DNA from: Candidatus Micrarchaeota archaeon
GTDB lineage: Archaea > Micrarchaeota > Micrarchaeia > Anstonellales > Bilamarchaeaceae
Length of the DNA: 51,414 nt
Assembly (NCBI GenBank): GCA_029557835.1
Contig: JAKQHW010000011.1
Coordinates: 1-51,414, forward strand
Reading direction: 5' to 3'
Shown: in pieces, positions 27,960-36,330 of the stretch
Layout of the letters: every line of letters begins with the position of its first letter
How positions within the stretch are numbered: position 1 is the stretch's first letter
The notes under the pieces: generated by a model
Seen by the model: the letters and a program-made list of their open reading frames with translations, nothing else
Database searches by the model: none
Told to the model about the DNA's origin: nothing
Made by a program: the position numbers and the translations under genes

Positions 27960-28592
27960 ATGGAAACCGATTCCAAAGAGCAGATGATAAAGAAGACCGG
28001 CACGACCACGGTCGGCCTTGTGTGCAAGGACGGCGTGATACTGGGGAGCGACCGCAGGGCGACGATGGGATACTACATAGCCAACAAGAAGACCCCCAAG
28101 ATACACATGATAAGCGACCGAATAGGGATGACCATCGCGGGCGGGGTCGGGGATGCGCAGTCCCTGGTGCGCTGGATGCGCGCGGAGATAAAGCTCTACG
28201 AGCTAAAGCACGGGAGGAAGATGAGCGTCGGGGGCGCGGCCACCCTTCTTGCGAACATACTCTCCGGCCACAAATACTACCCGTTCTTCGTGCAGCTGCT
28301 GGTCGGCGGCGTGGACGACAAGCCCAGGGTGTTCAGCGTGGACATGCTTGGCGGGGTCACGGAAGAGGACATAACCGCGACCGGGAGCGGCTCGCCGATT
28401 GCGATGGGCGTCCTGGAAGAGATGTATGTGAAGGACGGGACTGTCAAGGAGAATGCGCCGATAGCTGCCAGGGCGGTCGGCGCGGCGATGAAGAGGGACG
28501 CCGGGAGCGGGGAAGGGGTGGATATCCTGGTAATAACCAACTCCGGCACCGAGGCGCTCACTGACAAGGATTTCAGGAAGCACAGTGCCTGA
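27960..28592 (+). CDS. psmB: Proteasome beta subunit
   Basis: Propeptide ending KKTG|TTTVG, DRRAT, AGGVGDAQ, GSGS, RDAGSG; GGTGA SD before ATG 27960. Confidence 0.97.
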   Translation: METDSKEQMIKKTGTTTVGLVCKDGVILGSDRRATMGYYIANKKTPKIHMISDRIGMTIAGGVGDAQSLVRWMRAEIKLYELKHGRKMSVGGAATLLANILSGHKYYPFFVQLLVGGVDDKPRVFSVDMLGGVTEEDITATGSGSPIAMGVLEEMYVKDGTVKENAPIAARAVGAAMKRDAGSGEGVDILVITNSGTEALTDKDFRKHSA

Positions 28593-28709
28593 GGGCAAGC
28601 CTGGCGCAGAAGAAGAACGTTTTTGAGGGCGGAGGTTTTGGCGTCTTTTTTCGCCTCCGGCCCGTTTCCGGGCGCGAGCCCGGGCGGATGAAAAAAGGCG
28701 GGTGATTTT

Positions 28710-30605
28710 TTGCAACAGAAAGAAATAGAGAAGACCGTATCTGAGATAATGCCCGCGGAGTGCGGGATTGCCAAGGTGGAGGCCGAAGGCCTGAATATAG
28801 TAATATATGTGAGGAACATCGAGGCGTTCTACCGCAACGACCAGCTCATCAAGCAGCTTGCCGGAGCGGTCAGGAAGAAAGTCAGTGTAAGGGTGGACCA
28901 GTCCCGGCTCATGGACATGGAGAGGGCAAGGAAAGAGATTGAGTCCCTCGTGCCAAAGGAGGCGGTGATAAGCTCCATCACGTTCGCATCAACCTTCTCC
29001 GAGGTGTTCATAGAGGCGCTCAAGCCCGGGCTCGTGATAGGCAAAGGGGGCGTGGTGCTCAAGGAGATAATAACAAGGACGGGCTGGTCGCCCGTGGTCC
29101 TGAGGAGCCCGACCATACCCTCCTCGACCATACGGGGGATAAGGAAGGGATACATGGCCGAGGCGGAGGACAGGAAGAAGTTCCTGCTCTCGCTCGGGAA
29201 GAAGATATGCCAGCCCTCGCCCTCGAGCGAATGGGTGCGGGTGTCCATGCTCGGCGCGTTCAGGGAGGTGGGCCGGAGCTGCATGCTGGTGCAGACCCCC
29301 CACAGCAGGTTGCTCATTGACGTGGGGATAAACCCGGTGATAGGGGAGGCCACCAAGGCCTACCCATACCTCAACTTCATGGGGTTCCCGCTGGAAGAGC
29401 TGGACGCCGTGATAATCAGCCACGGCCACATAGACCACATGGGCTTCCTGCCCTATCTGTACGCTTATGGATACGACGGCCCGGTGTACTGCACCCCCCC
29501 GACCAGGGAGCTGATGGCGCTGCTGCAGACCGATTCCGTGGACCTCATGAAGAAATCCCTCGGGGTGGACCCGCCATACGGGAAGAAGGACATCCAGAAG
29601 GAGCTCAGGCGGGTGGTCCCGGTGGAGTACGGGGAAGTGGTGGACATAACCCCGGAGATAAAGATGACGCTCTACAACGCCGGGCACATAATCGGGAGCG
29701 CGATGGTCCACCTCCACATAGGGGAGGGGCTCCACAACCTTGTGTACAGCGGGGACATGAAATTCGGGTACACCCGGCTCTTCGAGCCGGCCAACACCCG
29801 CTTCCCGCGCATAGAGACGCTCTTCCTGGAAAGCACATACGGGGCCAAGAACGACATCACCTCGAACCGGAGGGACATGGAAGACAGGCTCGTGAACATA
29901 ATCAAGGAGACCGCGGCGAAGGGGGGAAAGGTGCTCATACCGGTGTTCGCGGTTGGGAGGAGCCAGGAGATAATGCTCGTGCTGGAGGACTATGTGAGGC
30001 GGGACCCGAACTTCAACGTCCCGGTCTACATAGACGGCATGGTGATGGAGACCTCGGCCATCCACACCGCGTATCCGGAATACCTGCGCGAGAGCATAGA
30101 GAGGAGGATACTCTCCAACAACAGCCCGTTTGAGTCCCCGATGCTCAAGGTGGCCAAGGGGACGGACAAGGAGAGCATAGTGAACGGCGAGCCGGCGGTC
30201 ATACTTGCGCCGTCAGGAATGCTAAACGGCGGGCCTTCTGTGGAATACCTCAGGCTCATGGCCGAGGACGAGAGGAACACGCTCGTTTTCGTGGGCTACC
30301 AGAGCCCGCTTTCCCTAGGGCACAAGATACAGAGGGGCATGAAGGAGATACCGGTCACCGGAGACGACGGAAGGGCAAAGATAATGAACATAAGGATGCG
30401 CATCGAGACCGTGGAGGGCTTCTCCGGCCACAGCGACAGGCACCAGCTCATGGCATTCCTCAGCAACCTAAAGCCGGTTCCGGAGCGCGTCTTCACGATG
30501 CACGGGGACTGGAACAAGGCGGACGACCTCGCGAGGGGGGCAGCTTCCCTGCTCAGGAGGGAGGCGAGGGCGCCCCTGAACCTAGAGGCGATTAGGCTCA
30601 AATGA
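28710..30605 (+). CDS. fttA: aCPSF1/FttA, KH + beta-CASP ribonuclease (transcription termination factor)
   Basis: KPGLVIGKGG KH motif, HGHIDH, AGHIIGS, ESTYG, FAVGRSQE, GFSGHSD; follows psmB; TTG start. Confidence 0.95.
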   Translation: MQQKEIEKTVSEIMPAECGIAKVEAEGLNIVIYVRNIEAFYRNDQLIKQLAGAVRKKVSVRVDQSRLMDMERARKEIESLVPKEAVISSITFASTFSEVFIEALKPGLVIGKGGVVLKEIITRTGWSPVVLRSPTIPSSTIRGIRKGYMAEAEDRKKFLLSLGKKICQPSPSSEWVRVSMLGAFREVGRSCMLVQTPHSRLLIDVGINPVIGEATKAYPYLNFMGFPLEELDAVIISHGHIDHMGFLPYLYAYGYDGPVYCTPPTRELMALLQTDSVDLMKKSLGVDPPYGKKDIQKELRRVVPVEYGEVVDITPEIKMTLYNAGHIIGSAMVHLHIGEGLHNLVYSGDMKFGYTRLFEPANTRFPRIETLFLESTYGAKNDITSNRRDMEDRLVNIIKETAAKGGKVLIPVFAVGRSQEIMLVLEDYVRRDPNFNVPVYIDGMVMETSAIHTAYPEYLRESIERRILSNNSPFESPMLKVAKGTDKESIVNGEPAVILAPSGMLNGGPSVEYLRLMAEDERNTLVFVGYQSPLSLGHKIQRGMKEIPVTGDDGRAKIMNIRMRIETVEGFSGHSDRHQLMAFLSNLKPVPERVFTMHGDWNKADDLARGAASLLRREARAPLNLEAIRLK

Positions 30606-31145
30606 TCATGTCTTTTCCTGCTTGGAAAAAGCCTTGTTCATGAGCGGGACGCAGTAGAACGAGAACGCGAGCCCTGCCATGCCGCCGGTGAGCAGGCGAA
30701 TGAGGTTGGAGCTCTCCCTCAGCCCGATGAGTTGCGTGCCGCCGTCAAGCGCGATGGGGGCCAGTGCAAGCACGAAGAACAGGGGGTTCGGCACCATCTT
30801 GGAATCGTGCCTTCTGAGAAGGAAAAGCAGGGCGCCGCCCAAAAGCGCAGCGGCGTATATCCCGACGTCCCTGGAGCAGACCGGGAACGCGTACCCTGCA
30901 ACGCCGCCCTTCTCGACCGCATATATCCTATATGGGACCAGCTGCCCGCCCTCCATGCAATCCGAAATCCCCTGGCCCGGGAAATAGCATATCGAGCGGG
31001 AGACGAACTGGTGGCATGTGAGCCCGTACGCGGCGTAGAGCGGCTCTGCGAGCCCGATGCCCGCCTCGGCAAGGAACGGGGTGATGAGTATTGGCAGCGT
31101 GAACAGCGCGAGCACGGCCATGTATGCCTTATACCCCGTTTCCAT
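30606..31145 (-). CDS. DUF2085 membrane protein
   Basis: CHQ..SRS, FPVCSRDVGIY, P.ALDGGTQ, ESSN.IRLLTG. Confidence 0.85.
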   Translation of the reverse strand: METGYKAYMAVLALFTLPILITPFLAEAGIGLAEPLYAAYGLTCHQFVSRSICYFPGQGISDCMEGGQLVPYRIYAVEKGGVAGYAFPVCSRDVGIYAAALLGGALLFLLRRHDSKMVPNPLFFVLALAPIALDGGTQLIGLRESSNLIRLLTGGMAGLAFSFYCVPLMNKAFSKQEKT

Positions 31146-31147
31146 CC

Positions 31148-31627
31148 TCACACCTTCCTGCCAAGCTCGCGTGAGCACTCATTCCTCTCCCACGGGTATA
31201 CCAGCCATGACTTTGTCTCTTCCACGAAGAAATCCGGCCGGAACTTGGAATGGGGCTTGAAATGGAGGGTGGCGACCTTGATTTCGGTGGCGCCCATCCG
31301 CATGAGATGGTCCTTCGCAACCTTGAGGCTCCTCCCGGTGTCGGAAACGTCGTCCACAAGCAGCGCCCTTTTCCCGTCGATTCGGGTGGTCAGCTGCTGG
31401 GTGAGCTGCGGAAACTCCATCGTTTTCCCCATCCCCTTGTAGAAGGAGACGCGTATCACCTGGAGGTCGCCAACATCCATTATGTCGGAAAGGAGGCGGG
31501 CCGGGACAAGCCCTCCCCTGCTGACGCCTATGATCGTATCCGGGGAAAAGCCGGATGATTTAACCTGCAAGGCGAGGCGTTCGCACATGCGGGAGGCGCC
31601 GCCCCAGCTTACCCTCAGCAGTTCCAT
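31148..31627 (-). CDS. Type I phosphoribosyltransferase (purine salvage-like)
   Basis: IIGVSRGG, LLVDDVSDTG, WLVYPWE; ATG at 31627. Confidence 0.9.
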   Translation of the reverse strand: MELLRVSWGGASRMCERLALQVKSSGFSPDTIIGVSRGGLVPARLLSDIMDVGDLQVIRVSFYKGMGKTMEFPQLTQQLTTRIDGKRALLVDDVSDTGRSLKVAKDHLMRMGATEIKVATLHFKPHSKFRPDFFVEETKSWLVYPWERNECSRELGRKV

Positions 31628-31724
31628 GGTAGGGGTTGGGTGGCTCCGGATTAAAAGCGTTCGCTCTCGTGTGCGCCCAGATAACATTTTTATATTTTGC
31701 CTTTGAAGAGAAGCTTGTGATAGC

Positions 31725-32111
31725 ATGGGCATATTGAAATCAATAAAGGAATTCTTCTTGGGGAAGGACGAGAAGAAGGCCGTTCCACAAGCAAAGCCGG
31801 CGGCCGCAGCGCCGCCTGCCGCGAGGCCGCTGCCTCCGCCAAGGCCGGTTGCGAGGCCGCTGCCTCCTCCACAGAGGCCGGCGGGTGCGATGCCCCCGAG
31901 GCCGATAGCGCCTATTTACCGGCCGCTTCCGCCTCCGGCGCGCCCGGTTGCGAGGCCGCTGCCTCCGCCAAGGCCTGCTGCCAGGCCCGCAGTCTTTGCG
32001 CCGCCCTATTCCGCCATGAAGGCGGCCCAGAAGCCCGCCGCCAAGAAGCCGGCGAAAAAGGCGGCTAAGAAGGCGCCTGCGAAAAAAGGGAAGGCGAAAA
32101 GGAAAAAGTGA
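31725..32111 (+). CDS. Pro/Ala/Arg-rich repeat protein with Lys/Ala-rich tail
   Basis: Four RPLPPP units; tail KPAAKKPAKKAAKKAPAKKGKAKRKK. Confidence 0.7.
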   Translation: MGILKSIKEFFLGKDEKKAVPQAKPAAAAPPAARPLPPPRPVARPLPPPQRPAGAMPPRPIAPIYRPLPPPARPVARPLPPPRPAARPAVFAPPYSAMKAAQKPAAKKPAKKAAKKAPAKKGKAKRKK

Positions 32112-32120
32112 ATTAAAGAC

Positions 32121-32147
32121 GGGGGCGAGAGCCCCCTTCCTGTTTTT
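32121..32147 (+). terminator. GC hairpin plus pyrimidine tract between convergent genes
   Basis: GGGGGC-GAGA-GCCCCC followed by TTCCTGTTTTT. Confidence 0.45.
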
Positions 32148-32162
32148 CCATAACCAGGGCGG

Positions 32163-32711
32163 TCAGGGGCGCAGTATAGCCGCCGCGATGACTGATGTCC
32201 ACTTCCCGTTCTTGTCCACCACGGCGGTCTGGGTGGTGTTGAAGGTCTTGACTATCTTGCCGCTCATCTTGAAGTGCTCCTCCTTCTCGTTCCATGCTGC
32301 GTCCACGTCGAACTCGATGCCCATGGTCGAGGCCAGCATCGAGGCGGCCAGGTCCTCGGAGTAGTCGCCGCACTTCTCCTGGTTCAGCCCGTAGGAATGG
32401 TGCTCGCTCAGGTAGCCGTGTATGGCCGGCTCTGCGGGGAGGGCCGTGCCTATGGAGGCCGAGATGAGCCGGTTCGGCTCGCAGGAGGAGATGCGGGCCA
32501 TGACCGTGAATACTATCTCGCCCGCATGCATGCCGGAGAGCCCCTCCTCGCGACTTATCACCTTGGCCCCGGGGGGCATTATGCTGGAGACGGTGACGAG
32601 GTTGAACTGGGCGATGCCTGCGGAGCGCAGCGCCTCCTCAAAAGAGCCGAGTTTCGTGTTCGAGACCCCGACGCCCTTTGTAAAGAACACCTTTTTAGGA
32701 ACAAAAGTCAT
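32163..32711 (-). CDS. pdaD: Pyruvoyl-dependent arginine decarboxylase
   Basis: VPKKVFFTKGVG, SFEEALR.AGI..FNLVTVS|SIMP cleavage site, GYLSEHH; ATG at 32711. Confidence 0.93.
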   Translation of the reverse strand: MTFVPKKVFFTKGVGVSNTKLGSFEEALRSAGIAQFNLVTVSSIMPPGAKVISREEGLSGMHAGEIVFTVMARISSCEPNRLISASIGTALPAEPAIHGYLSEHHSYGLNQEKCGDYSEDLAASMLASTMGIEFDVDAAWNEKEEHFKMSGKIVKTFNTTQTAVVDKNGKWTSVIAAAILRP

Positions 32712-32771
32712 TTTCCCACATCCGGTTTTTTCTATAAACAGTTTTTTAACCTTTATATGGAAATCCAATGC

Positions 32772-33896
32772 ATGGGAGTGACACCGTGGGAAGTATCCGG
32801 CAACATAGATTATGAGAAGCTCATAAAGGAGTTCGGGACCAGCGGCATAACCCCTGCCCTGCGGGCGAGGGTTGAGAGGAACGCCGGGGAAAGCAACGTG
32901 ATGCTCAGGAGGGGGTATTTCTTCTCCCACAGGGACCTGGACCTCGTGATGGACGATTACGAGAAAGGAAGGGGGTTCTACCTTTATACCGGCAGGGGGC
33001 CGAGCGGCCCGATGCACATCGGCCACCTGATACCCCTCGTTTTCACCAGATGGCTGCAGGAGAGGTTCAAGGTGAACCTTTACATAGAGATAACCGACGA
33101 CGAGAAGTTCCTGTGCAGGCGGGAGGAGGGATGGGAAGATATCGGGAAACACGCGGAGCAGAACATCCGGGACATCGCGGCGGTCGGGTTCGACCCTGAC
33201 CGGACGTTCATATTCAGGGACAGCGAGTACATAGGCAACGTATACCCGATGCTGCTCAAGATAGCCAAGAAGGTGAATTTCTCGACCGTGAAGGCGGTAT
33301 TCGGCTTCACGAATGAGACCAACATAGGGTTCATCTTCTACCCGGCATACCAGATAATGCCCACCCTGTTCGAGAAGAAGAGGTGCCTCATCCCCGCGGC
33401 GATAGACCAGGACCCGTACTGGAGGGTGCAGAGGGACATCGCCGAATCGCTCGGGCACCAGAAGACGGCGGCAATACATTCAAAGTTCCTCTCGCCCCTG
33501 CAGGGGGCGGAGGGGAAGATGAGCTCCAGCGTAAGGGAGAGCGCCATCTGGCTGGATGACGACGAGAAAACGGTGCGGAAAAAGATAATGAAGTACGCGT
33601 TCTCGGGAGGGCGCTCCACCCTGGAGGAGCACAGGAGGCTGGGGGCGGACCTGTCCGTGGACGTGCCGTTCCAGTGGCTGAGCGTGCTGTTCGAGCCGGA
33701 TGATGTGGAGTTAAAAAGAATCGCCGGGGAATATGGAAGCGGCAGGATGCTCACCGGGGAGGTGAAGGAAATCCTTGCGGGGAAGGTGAATGAATTCCTC
33801 GAGGGGCACCGGGCAAGGCGGGAGAAGGCGGACGTAAAGAAATACATGCGCACCGGAAAGCTGGCAAAAGAGATGTGGAACAAACGGTTTGAGTGA
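32772..33896 (+). CDS. trpS: Tryptophanyl-tRNA synthetase (archaeal/eukaryotic type)
   Basis: VTPWEV, YTGRGPS..MHIGH, AIDQDPY, KMSSS, AFSGGR. Confidence 0.96.
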   Translation: MGVTPWEVSGNIDYEKLIKEFGTSGITPALRARVERNAGESNVMLRRGYFFSHRDLDLVMDDYEKGRGFYLYTGRGPSGPMHIGHLIPLVFTRWLQERFKVNLYIEITDDEKFLCRREEGWEDIGKHAEQNIRDIAAVGFDPDRTFIFRDSEYIGNVYPMLLKIAKKVNFSTVKAVFGFTNETNIGFIFYPAYQIMPTLFEKKRCLIPAAIDQDPYWRVQRDIAESLGHQKTAAIHSKFLSPLQGAEGKMSSSVRESAIWLDDDEKTVRKKIMKYAFSGGRSTLEEHRRLGADLSVDVPFQWLSVLFEPDDVELKRIAGEYGSGRMLTGEVKEILAGKVNEFLEGHRARREKADVKKYMRTGKLAKEMWNKRFE

Positions 33897-33900
33897 TATT

Positions 33901-34803
33901 ATGGAACGCAAAGGATTCGGGGGGGGAAGGCCGGGTGGATTCAGGGGGAGGCCCAGTGGAGGCTTCGGCGGGAGGCCGAGGGGCGGCGGACCTGACCTGG
34001 ATATGGAAAGGCGGCTCAGGTTCCTTAAGAAGGCGAGGGAGAGGACCGCGCAGGCCCTGCGCAGCAGGGACGTCATGCTTGCCCAGATATCACGCTCCAT
34101 AGAGCAGCTGGAGGAGGTGTCCAACCTCCTCGGGGAAAAGCTTGAGGAGATGTATTCGTTGCAGTTCCCGGAGCTAAAGACGAGCGACCGGAGGAGCTAT
34201 GTGGGGGTGGTCCTGAACATGGAGAGGGAAAACCCGGACCCTGCCTCGATATCGAGATTCGTGGGGCAGGGGAGGGCCGAGGCCATCTGCCAGAAGGCAA
34301 GGGAGAGCACCGGCGGCCAGCTGGAGGCAAAGGACATAGAGAAGATAAGGGAGCTTGCGAGGGAAATCGAGAACGTTTACGGGCTGATGGACTCGTACGA
34401 GGCATACCTGGAGGAGATGGCGAAGGAGGTTTGCCCGAACATAGAGCACCTGGTCGGAGGCAAGCTGGCCGGGAAGCTGGTCTCGCTCGCAGGGAGCCTG
34501 AGGAAGCTCTCGCTGATGCCCGCGAGCACCATACAGGTCCTCGGTGCGGAGAAGGCGCTCTTCAAGCACCTCAAGAACAAGAAGGGTGTGGCCCCTCCTA
34601 AGCACGGGGTGCTTTTCCAGTATCCGGCTATTTCGCAGTCAAACAAGAAGGCGAGGGGCAAGATAGCGCGTGCGCTGGCCGCGAAGCTTGCGATTGCGGC
34701 GAAGGCGGATGCGCAGACGAAAAGGTTCATAGCGCCGATGCTGAAGGAGAACCTTGAAGCCCGGATAAGGGAGGTCCTCTCCGAGAAAAGGGCGAGGGCT
34801 TGA
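33901..34803 (+). CDS. nop5: Nop5 (Nop56/58), short form with Gly/Arg-rich N-terminus
   Basis: CPN...LVG, PASTIQVLGAEKALFKHL, PPKHG.LFQ, RGKIARALAAK. Confidence 0.93.
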   Translation: MERKGFGGGRPGGFRGRPSGGFGGRPRGGGPDLDMERRLRFLKKARERTAQALRSRDVMLAQISRSIEQLEEVSNLLGEKLEEMYSLQFPELKTSDRRSYVGVVLNMERENPDPASISRFVGQGRAEAICQKARESTGGQLEAKDIEKIRELAREIENVYGLMDSYEAYLEEMAKEVCPNIEHLVGGKLAGKLVSLAGSLRKLSLMPASTIQVLGAEKALFKHLKNKKGVAPPKHGVLFQYPAISQSNKKARGKIARALAAKLAIAAKADAQTKRFIAPMLKENLEARIREVLSEKRARA

Positions 34804-35423
34804 GGATCCTTGCCGTATCCGATTTGCACGGGGAAGAAGAGGCGCTGGAGAGGGTTGCGGCACGGTCTAAAGGATATGATTACGTATTGGTGGCCGGGGA
34901 CATGGCACGGAGGCCGGGGAAAGACGGCTTCGTGACGGACCTGCTCTCGTCCTCTGAAAATATTTTCGTGATTCCGGGGAACGGGGACTCTGATTATTCG
35001 GAAGAGGCGGGCGGGAAATGGCTGCACGGGAGGAGGGTGGAAATAGGTGAGGGGCTGAACCTGGTCGGGTTCGGCTACAGCCCGCCGACCCCTTTCGGGA
35101 CTCCGGGGGAATTCCCGGAGGAAAAGCTGTACGGGTGGATGAAAGGGCTCCCGATAGACGGAAACACCATATTTATTACGCACGCTCCCCCTTATGGGAT
35201 AATGGACGAGGCGCGCGGCGGGCATGCGGGGAGCAGGGCGGTCCTGCGGATAATCGAGGAGAAACGCCCCCTCGTGAACGTTTGCGGGCACATACACGAG
35301 AACGAGGGGGTGCGGATGCATGGCAAGACAACCGTGCTGAAGGTCGGGGCCGCAAACAGGGGAAGGTGCGGGGAGATAGGGGTTGAATCAGGAAATTTAA
35401 AGTGCAGGAACATGGGGCTGTGA
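34800..35423 (+). CDS. Calcineurin-like metallophosphoesterase (Icc family)
   Basis: SDLHG, AGD, PGNGD, THAPP, CGHIHE. Confidence 0.9.
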   Translation: MRILAVSDLHGEEEALERVAARSKGYDYVLVAGDMARRPGKDGFVTDLLSSSENIFVIPGNGDSDYSEEAGGKWLHGRRVEIGEGLNLVGFGYSPPTPFGTPGEFPEEKLYGWMKGLPIDGNTIFITHAPPYGIMDEARGGHAGSRAVLRIIEEKRPLVNVCGHIHENEGVRMHGKTTVLKVGAANRGRCGEIGVESGNLKCRNMGL

Positions 35424-35427
35424 GCGC

Positions 35428-35808
35428 ATGAGGATAAGGAAGGCGGGTTTCTCCGAAGAGCTCGCTTCTCTTGTTAGAAGGCTTTTCCCGGGCTCAGAGC
35501 CGCTTTTCAGGGATAAGGATTCGTATTTCATCGCTGAGGAAGACGGGAGGATTGTCGGGTTCTCCCACCTGATAGAGGCGGAGGGGAGAATGCTCCTGCA
35601 GGGCATAGGGGTGCTCCAGGAATGGAGGGAAAGGGGCATAGGTGGGAGGCTGCTGGACGCCTCAATAAGGTTTGCGGACAGGAAGGGGATGGATGTGTTC
35701 CTTAAGGTCAGGCCGGACAATCCGGCGCTTGGCTTATATTATAAAAAGGGTTTCACACTCAAGAAGATAAAGGACGTCTACGTCCTGGAAAGGAAAAGGA
35801 AGAATTGA
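35428..35808 (+). CDS. GNAT-family N-acetyltransferase
   Basis: V..EWRERGIGGRL, N.PALGLYYKKGF. Confidence 0.88.
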   Translation: MRIRKAGFSEELASLVRRLFPGSEPLFRDKDSYFIAEEDGRIVGFSHLIEAEGRMLLQGIGVLQEWRERGIGGRLLDASIRFADRKGMDVFLKVRPDNPALGLYYKKGFTLKKIKDVYVLERKRKN

Positions 35809-35861
35809 ACCAGCTCCCATTTTAATAAGATGGTGGGGGCAAATAATAAACACGCGAAATG

Positions 35862-35993
35862 AGTGCGTGCAAAGAGTTGCACGGTGAAGTGGAAAGGGGG
35901 TATGATTACCCTAAAGAGAGGGGGGATGGTGGAGTTCCGCAGAACTTCGCCAGACATCGCCGCAGCGATGCTGAAGGCGTTCCCCCTTCTTCT
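35862..35993 (+). repeat. tRNA-associated hairpin repeat, copy D
   Basis: AGTGCGTGCAAAGAGTTGCACGGTGAAGTGGAAAGGGGGTATGATTACCCTAAAGAGAGGGGGG...TTCCCCC; 5' part matches A and C, 3' part matches B. Confidence 0.85.
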
Positions 35994-35997
35994 TGGA

Positions 35998-36070
35998 GGG
36001 GTCGTGAGCTAACCTGGTATGCTGCCAGCTTTGGGAGCTGGTTGTCAGAGTTCAAATCTCTGCGACCCCA
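35998..36070 (+). tRNA. tRNA-Pro(UGG)
   Basis: GGGGTCG/CGACCCC-A; CCAGC-TTTGGGA-GCTGG; T-loop TTCAAAT. Confidence 0.94.
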
Positions 36071-36081
36071 AAAGGAGAGAT

Positions 36082-36154
36082 TGGGCCCACCCGGATTCGA
36101 ACCGGGGATCCCTACCGTGTGAGGGTAGTGTCTTAACCGCTCGACTATGGGCCC
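36082..36154 (-). tRNA. tRNA-Val(CAC)
   Basis: Minus strand GGGCCCA/TGGGCCC-A; CTACC-CTCACAC-GGTAG; T-loop TTCGAAT. Confidence 0.95.
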
Positions 36155-36244
36155 TGGAAGAGAAAATAATAGGGGCGGAAGTCCTTAAAAACAGTTTCCC
36201 CACTGAAATAGTATAACGTTCTGATTATTACCTTCGTTATCCAC

Positions 36245-36326
36245 GGGGGGAGGGTCAGGATGAACCCCTGCAATTAATGGGGGGTTATGAGTACGCTAGA
36301 GAGAAGGGGGTGCTCCCCCTTCCTCT
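36245..36326 (+). repeat. tRNA-associated hairpin repeat, copy E (minimal hairpin)
   Basis: GGGGGGTTATGAGTACGCTAGAGAGAAGGGGG-TGCT-CCCCCTTC matches B and D; upstream GGGTCAGGATGA...AATGGGGGG resembles A. Confidence 0.7.
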
Positions 36327-36330
36327 TGCA

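Noticed and set aside
32274..33479. Mutually overlapping long ORFs 32163-33479(-) and 32274-33896(+) as fusion proteins
   Set aside because: They resolve into divergent pdaD and trpS with an AT-rich promoter gap; the extensions are antisense read-through typical of high GC.
36285..36294. Second TTATGAGTAC identical to the tRNA-Met intron guide
   Set aside because: It aligns with the TTATG(A/G)TTAC block of the repeat family and has no following CTGA; treated as probable coincidence.
1672..36326. Repeat family as a CRISPR array
   Set aside because: Copies are dispersed, divergent and in both orientations, with no regular spacers and no cas genes.
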